Source of the DNA: Deltaproteobacteria bacterium
GTDB taxonomy: Bacteria; Desulfobacterota; GWC2-55-46
Assembly (NCBI GenBank): GCA_020846435.1
Contig: JADLDY010000035.1
Coordinates: forward strand, 6,077-70,076
Length of the DNA: 64,000 nucleotides
Direction: 5' to 3'
Position numbers and translations under genes: made by a program. Of the stretch, positions 1 through 8,765 are shown in pieces (positions within the stretch are counted from its first letter, which is position 1; each line of letters begins with the position of its first letter). A model generated the notes under the pieces. That model ran no database searches and had not been told where the DNA came from. It worked only from the letters and a program-made list of their open reading frames with translations.

Positions 1-162
1 GGGTTTACGGAGTACGCTTCAAGAAACAGCCTGGTGCTCATACGCAAGGGCAAGGACGGCTCGGAAGAAAAGGTCAAGCTGCGCTTCAAGGACCTGATTT
101 CGCCCGATAAAGACAACAAGAACATGATCCTCAAACCGGGAGACACTCTCTTTGTACCGTAA
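1..162 (+). CDS. 3' end of a polysaccharide export protein (Wza/EpsE-like); 5' part lies outside the window
   Basis: Frame 1 is open from base 1 to TAA at 160-162 (...RFKDLISPDKDNKNMILKPGDTLFVP*). The 'LxPGDxhxVP' ending is typical of periplasmic polysaccharide export proteins. It sits directly upstream of the OM-barrel and Wzz-like genes. Confidence 0.45.
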   Translation, partial: GFTEYASRNSLVLIRKGKDGSEEKVKLRFKDLISPDKDNKNMILKPGDTLFVP

Positions 163-1297
163 ACTCCTTATAGCCGGAGCTTTCGCCTCGCTTCTTGTGC
201 TTCCGGAGTTGGCGGCAGCCGGCCTCACGCTCAGGCAGACGGTCATGAGTGAACTGAGGTACGACACGAACGCCATGATCACTCCCGACGGAGAGCAGGA
301 CAGCAGCGATATCGTTCTGCAGCTGGGGCCGGACTTCGAGGTGACCAGAGACTCGGAAAAGCTCACCCTGATGGCGGTATACAGGCCTTCGTTCTATTAT
401 TATTTCAGGAGGCCGGAGCTGAACACTCTGAGCCATTCAGCCTCGGCATCGATGGACTACAAATACTCGGTGAGCACGTCTTTCCGGGTGGAAGACACAT
501 TGAACTACGCGAAGGAATCACTCGAGACGACCATCATCGGAATCCAGAACAGAAGGCAGGCCATACTGATGAACACGGCTATTTTCTCGATGAGTCACAG
601 GCTTACGCCGCGGATGGGGTCAGGCCTTTCCTTCTCTGACAACATCGTGGAATTCGAAGACCCGATAGCCGTCGACAGCAGAAACGACGCTGCCTCGATT
701 TCCCTGAACTACCAGGTCGTCCCCGACACCCAGATATTCACGTCGTATTCTTTTTCCCGCACTGAATTCGACAGCCCTGGCGACACGATCGACCCGCCGA
801 TGGAGACCCAGTCAGTGCAGGCGGGATTTTCGACACACTACAAGAACAACCTGCATTTTACGCTCTCAGGCGGCGTGGGACACGGCAGCGCGAACGACCA
901 GAACTTCGTGACGGCCAGCACTGAACTGAGCAAGGACTTTGAGAATTCATCCGCAAGCATCAGCTATAACAGACAGGCTACCACTGCAACCGGACTTACC
1001 AACCAGCTCGCGCTCAACGAGACGTACTACGCTGCATGGAACTACGCGCTGACGAGGAACATCTCGGCAAACCTTTTCGGGAGCTACGCGCGAAACCAAA
1101 CGCTTAACGACAACAGCGTTGACGTGAGGTCGTTATATTACGGCCTGTCAGGGGAGTGGCAGCTGTACTCATGGCTCAGCTTCGGGGCCGGCTACAACCA
1201 CTTCAAGCAGAACTCGGAGGGCCTCACCGGAGACGATCTGAAAAGGGACCATTTTTTTGTTAACGTCAGGATAACCACTTACGAAAAGAGGCTGTGA
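152..1297 (+). CDS. putative outer-membrane beta-barrel protein of the EPS/PEP-CTERM locus (EpsL-like)
   Basis: TTG start overlaps the upstream stop. Signal peptide MYRKLLIAGAFASLLVLPELAAA. Alternating hydrophobic/polar beta-strand pattern and Y/F/W-rich strands (LSFGAGYNHF). No enzymatic motif. Confidence 0.45.
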   Translation: MYRKLLIAGAFASLLVLPELAAAGLTLRQTVMSELRYDTNAMITPDGEQDSSDIVLQLGPDFEVTRDSEKLTLMAVYRPSFYYYFRRPELNTLSHSASASMDYKYSVSTSFRVEDTLNYAKESLETTIIGIQNRRQAILMNTAIFSMSHRLTPRMGSGLSFSDNIVEFEDPIAVDSRNDAASISLNYQVVPDTQIFTSYSFSRTEFDSPGDTIDPPMETQSVQAGFSTHYKNNLHFTLSGGVGHGSANDQNFVTASTELSKDFENSSASISYNRQATTATGLTNQLALNETYYAAWNYALTRNISANLFGSYARNQTLNDNSVDVRSLYYGLSGEWQLYSWLSFGAGYNHFKQNSEGLTGDDLKRDHFFVNVRITTYEKRL

Positions 1298-2838
1298 CCG
1301 TGGACGCGCTGAAAAAGATCTTATATTACCTTGAGCTGGCACGGGCGAACAAATGGATCATAATAGTCCCTACCGTGCTGCTGACCATCGTAAGCACGCT
1401 GATAGCCTGGGGCTTGCCTTCATATTACAAGTCAGAGACGCTCATCCTGGTGGAAAAGCAGCAGATACCGGAGTCCTATGTCACCCCGACCGACAGGACG
1501 CCTTTCAGCCAGAGGCTAAACACGATAAGCCAGCAGATTCTGAGCCGTCAGAACATCGAGAAGATAGCGAACGACTTTCAGCTGTACAGGTCCCAGGATA
1601 CCTCGAACCCGCTGCTCGCCTTCATAAACAGGTTCAGGGAAGTGCCGCCGACCTCAAAAGAAGAAATCGTTGAGCAGATGAACAAGGACGTCCAGATAAA
1701 CGTCATCGGCGACCGCAGGGCCGGAGACGCCTTCAGTGTCTCGTACATCGGCACGAACCCAGAGGTCACGATGCACGTGACCAACACGCTCGCCTCGCTT
1801 TTCATTGAGGAAAACCTCAAATCGCGCGAGCAATACGCCGAGGGCGCCTCGGATTTCATATCAACCGAGCTTGAGAACGCCAAGGCTGAGCTGGAAGCGC
1901 AGGAAGCGGCCCTCAGGAACTTCAAGGAAAGGAACATGGGGAGCCTCCCGCAGCAGCTGGACGCCAATTTGCGCACCCTCGACCGCCTGCAAAGCGATCT
2001 CCAGTCTGTAAAGAACGAGATCAAGAGCACCGAAGAGAGAAAGATGATGTTCGAAGCCCAGCTTGGAAGGGTCACCTCGACCGGAGCCAGGGGCGCGGTA
2101 TCGGTAATAGGCGTCCCAGTCTCGCCTCTGCAGGTAGAGCTTGAGAACCTGCAAAGGGAGCTTGGCTCACTTCTGTCGCGGTACAAGGAAAATTATCCCG
2201 ACGTCATAATAACCAAGAACAAGATAGCCGACATCAAGGCCCAGCTCGCGTCCCAGAGACGCGCGGCCGCAGAGCCCCGTCAGGAAGCGCAACAAGCGCC
2301 GGATGACGTCAACCCGGAAGTCTACAACGAACTCATGCTGCTCAAATCCAGGCTCGAGACGCTCAACAACAGGTCCTCTGAGATCCGCAAGCAGATACAG
2401 CAGTTCGAGAGAAGGGTCGAGACCACTCCGGCGAGCGAGCAGAGGTTCACCGACCTCAGGCGCGACTACGACATCTCCCTGGCCAACTACCAGGCCCTGC
2501 TCGAGAAGAAGATGAACGCCAAGCTCTCCGAGAACCTCGAAAAGAGACAAAAAGGAGAGCGCTTCAAGGTCATAGACTCGGCCAACCTGCCGGAGAAGCC
2601 CTTCAAGCCCAACAAGCCCGTGATAGCCCTGACCGGCACCGCGCTGGGAGTGGGACTCGGCATGGGAATCATACTGATCATCGAGCTCTTTAACCCGGCT
2701 TTCAGGACAAAGGAAGAGCTCATAGAGGAGCTGAAACTGCCGGTGCTCGCGACCGTGCCGACCTTCGCGTCGGCAAAACCGGTCAAAGGCAAGAAGATAT
2801 CCCTGAGGTCTCTGAAGAGGTCAAATGGACATACTTAA
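1294..2838 (+). CDS. polysaccharide chain-length determinant protein (Wzz/GumC/EpsF family)
   Basis: GTGA overlap with the upstream gene. N-terminal TM (WIIIVPTVLLTIVSTLIAWGL), a long coiled-coil periplasmic region and a C-terminal TM (PVIALTGTALGVGLGMGIILII). This is the Wzz/PCP architecture. Confidence 0.8.
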   Translation: MTVDALKKILYYLELARANKWIIIVPTVLLTIVSTLIAWGLPSYYKSETLILVEKQQIPESYVTPTDRTPFSQRLNTISQQILSRQNIEKIANDFQLYRSQDTSNPLLAFINRFREVPPTSKEEIVEQMNKDVQINVIGDRRAGDAFSVSYIGTNPEVTMHVTNTLASLFIEENLKSREQYAEGASDFISTELENAKAELEAQEAALRNFKERNMGSLPQQLDANLRTLDRLQSDLQSVKNEIKSTEERKMMFEAQLGRVTSTGARGAVSVIGVPVSPLQVELENLQRELGSLLSRYKENYPDVIITKNKIADIKAQLASQRRAAAEPRQEAQQAPDDVNPEVYNELMLLKSRLETLNNRSSEIRKQIQQFERRVETTPASEQRFTDLRRDYDISLANYQALLEKKMNAKLSENLEKRQKGERFKVIDSANLPEKPFKPNKPVIALTGTALGVGLGMGIILIIELFNPAFRTKEELIEELKLPVLATVPTFASAKPVKGKKISLRSLKRSNGHT

Positions 2839-3868
2839 CTGGTTCCGGCAGAAACCCAAGCCAGCGGAAAGGCCGTTATTGAGGGCCGCTGACAGCCGGC
2901 CCTACGGCTTGAAGGCTCTTCCGTCCAGACCCATGATATGGGCCATAGGCGGAGGCAAGGGCGGAGTTGGGAAAAGCCTTGTCACCTCGAGCCTGGGCAT
3001 CCTCTTGGCTGGAAGCGGAAAAAGGGTGCTCATAGTCGACGCGGACTTCGGAGCGGCCAACCTGCACACTTTTTTCGGCGTCCAGGGCTCCAAATCCTCA
3101 CTTTCGAACTTCTTCAAGGGCGAGGTGCTGGACTTCAGCAGGCTCATCATCGACTCCGGCGTCCACAATCTTTCCCTGGCGTGCGGCGAAAAGGACTCCC
3201 TCGACGTCGCTGACTTCAATGAGCGGAGCGTCGCGATGCTGAAAGCGGCTCTGAGGACCGCCCCTTACGATTACGTGCTCCTGGATATCGGTCCCGGCAC
3301 CGGGGGAAGCCACCTGGATTTGTTCCTCATGGCCCAAACCGGAATCATCGTGACTTCCGCCGAGCCGACCTCGGTTGAAAACTCATACAGGTTCCTCAAA
3401 TGCCTGTTTTTACGCAAGATGAAAAACGCCGTGAACAGCTCTTCAGACAGCGCCCTCAAAGAGGCGCTCCAGCGACTGTTTTCGAACAACTGGTCACAGC
3501 GCGTTAAGACAATATCCGATATACTTCATCAATTGAAACAGATGGACCCGCAGAAGGGCGAACTCCTTGACGAACTCATGGGAGGCATGAAGGTGGGCAT
3601 AATCGTAAACAACGCCAACGGGCTCTCCAACCCCGGCTTCGGCGCTTCCATGGAAAGGGCCTGCGCCGATTATTTCGGCATCGGCATAAAGCACATGGGA
3701 GACATCGACCGCGACGAGAAAGTACCCGAGTCCGTGAGGCTCAGAAAGCCCTTCATGCTTCACGCGCCGGAATCAAACGCGGCCAGGGCATTGAGAGCGT
3801 GCTTCGCGAAACTCACCACCCCTGACGAACAGGCGAGCGAACCGGAATCAAAAGGTATGGTGATATGA
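2825..3868 (+). CDS. MinD/ParA/FlhG-type P-loop ATPase
   Basis: Deviant Walker A GGGKGGVGKS followed by VLIVDADFGAANL. Walker B-like YVLLDIGPG. No C-terminal tyrosine cluster. Confidence 0.7.
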   Translation: MDILNWFRQKPKPAERPLLRAADSRPYGLKALPSRPMIWAIGGGKGGVGKSLVTSSLGILLAGSGKRVLIVDADFGAANLHTFFGVQGSKSSLSNFFKGEVLDFSRLIIDSGVHNLSLACGEKDSLDVADFNERSVAMLKAALRTAPYDYVLLDIGPGTGGSHLDLFLMAQTGIIVTSAEPTSVENSYRFLKCLFLRKMKNAVNSSSDSALKEALQRLFSNNWSQRVKTISDILHQLKQMDPQKGELLDELMGGMKVGIIVNNANGLSNPGFGASMERACADYFGIGIKHMGDIDRDEKVPESVRLRKPFMLHAPESNAARALRACFAKLTTPDEQASEPESKGMVI

Positions 3869-4872
3869 GCTTTTTCCTGAAGAGGAACTACTACGAAGCG
3901 CTCGGCGTCAGCTTCGACGCCTCCGCGGTGGAGATAGAGCAGGCCTATGACCGCTCAAAGCGCCTCCTGTCGGACGGGTCTGAGGCGGTCTACTCCCTTT
4001 ATTCGGAGGAAGAGAAGCGCGAGCGGCTCCAGACCATAGAAGAAGCCCACAGGACGCTTTCCGACCTGAAGCTCAAAAAAGAGTACGACGCGGCGCTCTC
4101 GAGCAACGCGAACGCGGACGGCACCTACGAAGTCGACCTCGGCTACATATTCGGGGGGCAGGGCAAGGAAGCCTCAGCCCATGCGGCGCCAGTCATGAAC
4201 ACGCGCAAGTACAGACAGGTCAAGTTCGCCAGGACCATAGCCGCCGTCGACAAGAACGAGTCGGTCGCCAACGAGCAGTTCAAGCTCCTCAGCTCAAAAC
4301 TTGAGATCGTCAACAAGAAAATCGGGCAGAAGGTGGTCGCCTTCACCAGCGCGATCAAGAGCGAGGGGAAATCAACGGTCTCCTTCAATACGGCCTTCGT
4401 CCTCGCGACCGCTTTCAGCAAAAACGTGCTTTTCGTGGAGTGCGACCTGAGGAAGCCTTCCGGCCTTCAGGAATTCGTCTCCGCCGACGGCCCCGGCCTT
4501 CTTGAAGTCTTGAAGGGAGAAGCGCAGATAGACGAAGCGATCTGCGAGGTCGAGGAAACAGGGCTGCACGTCCTGTATTCAGGCGCGTACGACAAGTACT
4601 CAGCCGACCTCATAGGCTCGTCAAACACGGCTTCCGTCCTCGACAGCCTCAGACAGAGGTTTGACTTCATCCTGCTTGACTGCCCGCCCGTCATACCGCT
4701 GGCGGACATGAGCATACTCGAGAAGCTCGTGGACGGCATAGTGCTCGTCGTAAGGGCAGGCGAGACGTCCAAGGAACTCGTCAAAAACGCGACTGAGTCG
4801 CTTGAAAAGAAGAAGTTCATCGGGACCGTACTTAACGGAGCCGAGACCAAACTGGACAAATACTACTACTGA
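3865..4872 (+). CDS. degenerate J-domain-like N-terminus fused to a BY-kinase (CpsD/EpsG-type tyrosine autokinase) domain
   Basis: ATGA overlap with the upstream gene. N-terminus NYYEALGVSFDASAVEIEQAY...LSDLKLKKEYD resembles a DnaJ J-domain but lacks HPD. C-terminal half has Walker A SAIKSEGKST, Walker A' LFVECDLRKP, Walker B FDFILLDCPP and a terminal KYYY*. Confidence 0.7.
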   Translation: MSFFLKRNYYEALGVSFDASAVEIEQAYDRSKRLLSDGSEAVYSLYSEEEKRERLQTIEEAHRTLSDLKLKKEYDAALSSNANADGTYEVDLGYIFGGQGKEASAHAAPVMNTRKYRQVKFARTIAAVDKNESVANEQFKLLSSKLEIVNKKIGQKVVAFTSAIKSEGKSTVSFNTAFVLATAFSKNVLFVECDLRKPSGLQEFVSADGPGLLEVLKGEAQIDEAICEVEETGLHVLYSGAYDKYSADLIGSSNTASVLDSLRQRFDFILLDCPPVIPLADMSILEKLVDGIVLVVRAGETSKELVKNATESLEKKKFIGTVLNGAETKLDKYYY

Positions 4873-4894
4873 TCTATCCGGGGGATCTACTGCC

Positions 4895-6289
4895 ATGCCA
4901 TTCATATTCAAAAGATACGGCTCGAGAAAATTCATACTCTACTGGCTATCCGAGTTCATACTGATGTTCGTCATAGGCCTCGTGGCCGCGCACATACGCC
5001 TCAAGTTCGACAACGGCGGCGTATTCGCCTACGACCCGACGTTCCTCAAGACGATAGTATTGAGCCTCGCGTACATGACCGCCTTCTATTACTTCGACCT
5101 GTACATGCCTGACATGTACCGCCCGGGAAGGAACATGTTCATGCGGCTCATCAGCGCGACCTTTGTCGCCACGATCGCGCTCTTTGCCATATTCTACATA
5201 ATGCCTTCACTCAAGACCTGGAGAGGCATACTGCTTCTGAACATCATCCTGATGCCGCTCTCGGTCCTCATCTGGAGGACCATTCTCACCAAGATCAAGA
5301 TGAAAGAGCTGCCCAGGAAGAACGTCCTCGTCATCGGCACAGGCGACCTGGCCAAGAAGATCGGCAAGGACATATACTCGACGCCTGACAGCGGCTTGAA
5401 GCTCGTGGGCTTCATTGACGACGACCCCTCCATGCTCGGAGTATCAATCGTAAACCCCGGCGTCGTCGGCGGCTACGGCGACATCGGCTCCATAGCCCAG
5501 ACCAAAGGCATAGACCTTATCATCGTGGCCCTCGCCGACAGGAGGGCCAAGCTCCCGATGTACGCGCTACTGGACTGCAAGCTCAAGGGCGTACAGGTGG
5601 AAGAGGGCGAGACCTTCAACGAAAGGCAGCACGGCAACATACCGCTGAACCAGCTGAAGCCGAGCTGGATGGTCTTCTCCGACGGATTCAAGTCCCTGAG
5701 GTCCAGAAAACTGGTCAAGAGGGCCCTTGACCTCGTCTTCGCGGCCTTCCTGTTCGTCTTAACCGCGCCTCTCATGCTGCTGGCGGCGCTCGCCATAAAA
5801 CTCGAGTCAAAGGGACCGGTCATCTTCAAGCAGGTGAGGGTCGGCGAGAATGGCAAGGATTTCAACATATACAAGTTCCGCTCCATGAGCCAGGACGCCG
5901 AAGCCAAGAGCGGCCCTGTCTGGGCCGGCGCGCAGGACAACAGGGTGACCAGGGTCGGAAAATTCATGAGAAAAACAAGGATCGACGAACTGCCCCAGCT
6001 CGTCAACGTCCTCAAGGGCGACATGAGCTTCGTCGGCCCGAGGCCTGAGCGCCCGTTCTTCGTCGCCAAGCTCAAGGAGGAGATCCCCTACTACAACATA
6101 AGGACCGTTGTGAAACCGGGCCTCACGGGATGGGCCCAGGTCAGGTACCCTTACGGCGCGACCGTCGAGGACGCGGTCGAAAAACTCCAGTACGACATCT
6201 ACTACATCAAGAACATGTCGCCGCTGCTGGACATGATGATTTTCTTCTCGACCATAAAGGTCGTGCTCACTGGCCAGGGCGCCAGGTAA
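4895..6289 (+). CDS. undecaprenyl-phosphate hexose-1-phosphate transferase (WbaP/EpsB-type priming sugar transferase)
   Basis: ATG at 4895 chosen, because the 4802 extension overlaps the upstream gene. Multiple N-terminal TMs and a Rossmann-like VLVIGTGDLA. The C-terminal bacterial sugar-transferase domain has KRALDLVFA...GPVIFKQVRVG...FNIYKFRSM...DELPQLVNVLKGDMSFVGPRP. Confidence 0.88.
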   Translation: MPFIFKRYGSRKFILYWLSEFILMFVIGLVAAHIRLKFDNGGVFAYDPTFLKTIVLSLAYMTAFYYFDLYMPDMYRPGRNMFMRLISATFVATIALFAIFYIMPSLKTWRGILLLNIILMPLSVLIWRTILTKIKMKELPRKNVLVIGTGDLAKKIGKDIYSTPDSGLKLVGFIDDDPSMLGVSIVNPGVVGGYGDIGSIAQTKGIDLIIVALADRRAKLPMYALLDCKLKGVQVEEGETFNERQHGNIPLNQLKPSWMVFSDGFKSLRSRKLVKRALDLVFAAFLFVLTAPLMLLAALAIKLESKGPVIFKQVRVGENGKDFNIYKFRSMSQDAEAKSGPVWAGAQDNRVTRVGKFMRKTRIDELPQLVNVLKGDMSFVGPRPERPFFVAKLKEEIPYYNIRTVVKPGLTGWAQVRYPYGATVEDAVEKLQYDIYYIKNMSPLLDMMIFFSTIKVVLTGQGAR

Positions 6290-6523
6290 GGATTCTGCTG
6301 AGGATCTGCCGTACATCCAAACCGGCCTTGAGGATTTCCAGCGTGGCGAGAGAGCCCGAAAGGGATTAATCCCGGGTTATTCGCAGGCCCCTTCCAGATT
6401 TTGTCTGACCAGCCATGACGCCCGATCCACCTTACCGAGCAAAACGGAAAACAGGGCGGCCGCACAAAGGCCGTCTCCCTCAAGAAAAAGGCCTTTACGG
6501 CCGATATATGGACTAAGTAAATC

Positions 6524-8503
6524 ATGTGCGGAATAGCTGGCATATATAACTTTCGCGGGACACAGGCGCAGTCCGTCGAGACGGTATCGAGGATGCTCTC
6601 CTCCATTTCCCACAGGGGGCCCGACGGGTTCGGCGCGTACCATGACGGGGGCGTCTGCCTTGGCCACGCCAGGCTCAGCATCATCGACCTCTCAGGCGGG
6701 GGCCAGCCCATGTCCAACGAGGACGGCTCGGTCTGGATAACCTTCAACGGAGAGATATTCAACTTCGAGGAGCTCCGTGCCGGGCTCGAAGAGCGCGGCC
6801 ACAGGTTCAGGACGAACTCCGACACCGAGGTCATCGTCCACCTCTACGAGGACCTGGGTCACGGCTGCCTCGAGCGCCTCAACGGCCAGTTCGCCTTCGC
6901 GATATGGGACACGGCCAAAAGAGAGCTCTTCATCGCCCGGGACAGGATGGGGATAAGGCCTATTTTCTACGCCGAGCAGAACGGGGCGTTCTACTTCGCT
7001 TCAGAGGCCAAAGCCCTTTTCGCGACAGGACACATGGAGCGCAAACTCGACCCGCTGGCCATCGACGAGATATTCACCTTCTGGCACACTGTGGCCCCGA
7101 GGACGTCGTTCGAAGGCGTACATGAGCTGCCTGCGGGCTACTACCTGGTCCTTAAATCCGGCGCGCTCGAAAGGCACAAGTACTGGGAGCTCGAGTTCCC
7201 GGAAGAGTTCTCGAATATAAGCTTCGAGGACGCGATGGACGAGCTCAAAAGGCTCCTCATCGACTCAACGAGGCTCCAGCTCAAAGCCGACGTGCCGGTC
7301 GGTGCCTACCTCTCCGGCGGCCTCGACTCTTCGGTCACGACGGCGCTCATAAGGAACTACACCGGCTCGAAGCTTCAGACCTTCTCGGTCGCCTTCGAGG
7401 ATGGAGACTACGACGAGAGCCCTTTCCAGAAGGAGATGGCAAAGGCGCTCGGCACCGAGCACAACGAGATAAGGTGCAGCTACAAGGACATACGCGACAA
7501 CTTCGAGAAGGTCATCTGGCACACGGAAAAACCGGTCCTGCGGACAGCGCCCTCCCCGCTCTTCCTTCTCGCCGGGCTTGCGCGCAAGACCGGTTTCAAG
7601 GTGGTGCTCACCGGAGAAGGCGCGGACGAGGTCCTGGGCGGGTACGACATATTCAAGGAAGCGAAGATAAGGGAGTTCTGGGCGAGGATGCCGGAGTCAA
7701 ACCTGAGGCCGCTCCTTTTGAAAAAACTCTACCCGTATCTGCCAGCCTTCCAGGGCCAGTCGCGTTTTTACAGGGAGGCCTTCTTCAACAGCGGACTTAC
7801 CGCCGCCTCTGACGAGTTTTTCTCGCACAGGCCGAGGTGGGCGACGACAGCGAAGAACAAGATGTTCTTCTCCGAAGCGCTCAGGAACGAGATAAAGAGC
7901 GCCTCCCCGGAGTCGATGATGAGGCTCACTCTCCCGGCCTCGTTCAAGTCATGGCCAGTCGTCGCCAGGGCGCAGTTCCTTGAGACGAGGGGCCTTCTTG
8001 CCGGGTATATCCTCTCTTCCCAGGGGGACAGGATGCTGATGGGCAACTCGATAGAGGGCAGGTTCCCGTTCCTCGACCACAGGATCGTGGAGTTCGCGGC
8101 GACCCTGCCGCTCCATTACAAGATACGCGGCATAAACGAGAAGTACATACTGAAAAAATGCATGGCCCCTCACCTGCCGCCGAATATCGTGAAAAGGACG
8201 AAGCAGCCGTATCTCGCGCCTGACAGCAAGAGCTTTTTCGAGGGGGGCAAGTCGGCCGGCTACGCCGAAGAGCTTCTTTCAGAAAAAAAAGTGGCCGAGT
8301 ACGGGTACTTCAACCCGAGGCCGGTTGCCATGCTCGTGAACAAATGCAAAAAAGGCGGCGCCATAGGCTTCAAGGACAACATGGCCCTCGTGGGTATCCT
8401 CTCAACCCAGATACTACACCGGCAGTTCGTGGAAGACTTCACCGGAGCGCTGCCGCTTGACAGGGAAAAACTCAAGATAGTGAACGAGCCCGTACGGGCT
8501 TGA
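6524..8503 (+). CDS. asparagine synthase (glutamine-hydrolysing) family amidotransferase, EPS/exosortase-locus type
   Basis: Ntn nucleophile MCGIAG. GATase-II motifs HRGPDG and SDTEV. PP-loop YLSGGLDSS. 659 aa. Confidence 0.9.
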   Translation: MCGIAGIYNFRGTQAQSVETVSRMLSSISHRGPDGFGAYHDGGVCLGHARLSIIDLSGGGQPMSNEDGSVWITFNGEIFNFEELRAGLEERGHRFRTNSDTEVIVHLYEDLGHGCLERLNGQFAFAIWDTAKRELFIARDRMGIRPIFYAEQNGAFYFASEAKALFATGHMERKLDPLAIDEIFTFWHTVAPRTSFEGVHELPAGYYLVLKSGALERHKYWELEFPEEFSNISFEDAMDELKRLLIDSTRLQLKADVPVGAYLSGGLDSSVTTALIRNYTGSKLQTFSVAFEDGDYDESPFQKEMAKALGTEHNEIRCSYKDIRDNFEKVIWHTEKPVLRTAPSPLFLLAGLARKTGFKVVLTGEGADEVLGGYDIFKEAKIREFWARMPESNLRPLLLKKLYPYLPAFQGQSRFYREAFFNSGLTAASDEFFSHRPRWATTAKNKMFFSEALRNEIKSASPESMMRLTLPASFKSWPVVARAQFLETRGLLAGYILSSQGDRMLMGNSIEGRFPFLDHRIVEFAATLPLHYKIRGINEKYILKKCMAPHLPPNIVKRTKQPYLAPDSKSFFEGGKSAGYAEELLSEKKVAEYGYFNPRPVAMLVNKCKKGGAIGFKDNMALVGILSTQILHRQFVEDFTGALPLDREKLKIVNEPVRA

Positions 8504-8518
8504 TAATGGGAGCGTGCC

Positions 8519-8764
8519 ATGCGTGACGAGGTAAGAGACTTCATATTCAAGAACTTCCTGTTCGACGATTCCGGCGATTCCCTGAACGACAGCGACTCGT
8601 TCCTGGAAAAAGGGATAATCGACTCCACCGGGATGCTCGAGCTGGTGGCCTTCCTTGAAGAGAAGTACGGCATCAGGATTGAGGACGATGAGCTGGTGCC
8701 TGAGAACCTCGATTCCGTAGAGCGGCTCGTGCAGTTCATATCGAGGAAAAAAGTACCGTCCTGA
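8519..8764 (+). CDS. acyl carrier protein
   Basis: 81 aa, acidic, with phosphopantetheine-attachment-like motif GIIDSTGMLELVAFLE. RBS GGGAG upstream. Confidence 0.75.
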   Translation: MRDEVRDFIFKNFLFDDSGDSLNDSDSFLEKGIIDSTGMLELVAFLEEKYGIRIEDDELVPENLDSVERLVQFISRKKVPS

Positions 8765-8765
8765 C

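Noticed and set aside
4802-4894. Upstream extension of the sugar-transferase ORF (MKRRSSSGPYL...)
   Set aside because: It overlaps the last 70 nt of the BY-kinase gene. The ATG at 4895 starts right at the first TM region and leaves a short 22-nt intergenic gap.
6202-6834. 210-aa minus-strand ORF covering the 6290-6523 gap and the asnB start
   Set aside because: It overlaps the unmistakable MCGIAG start of the amidotransferase, has no motif, and has shadow-ORF composition.
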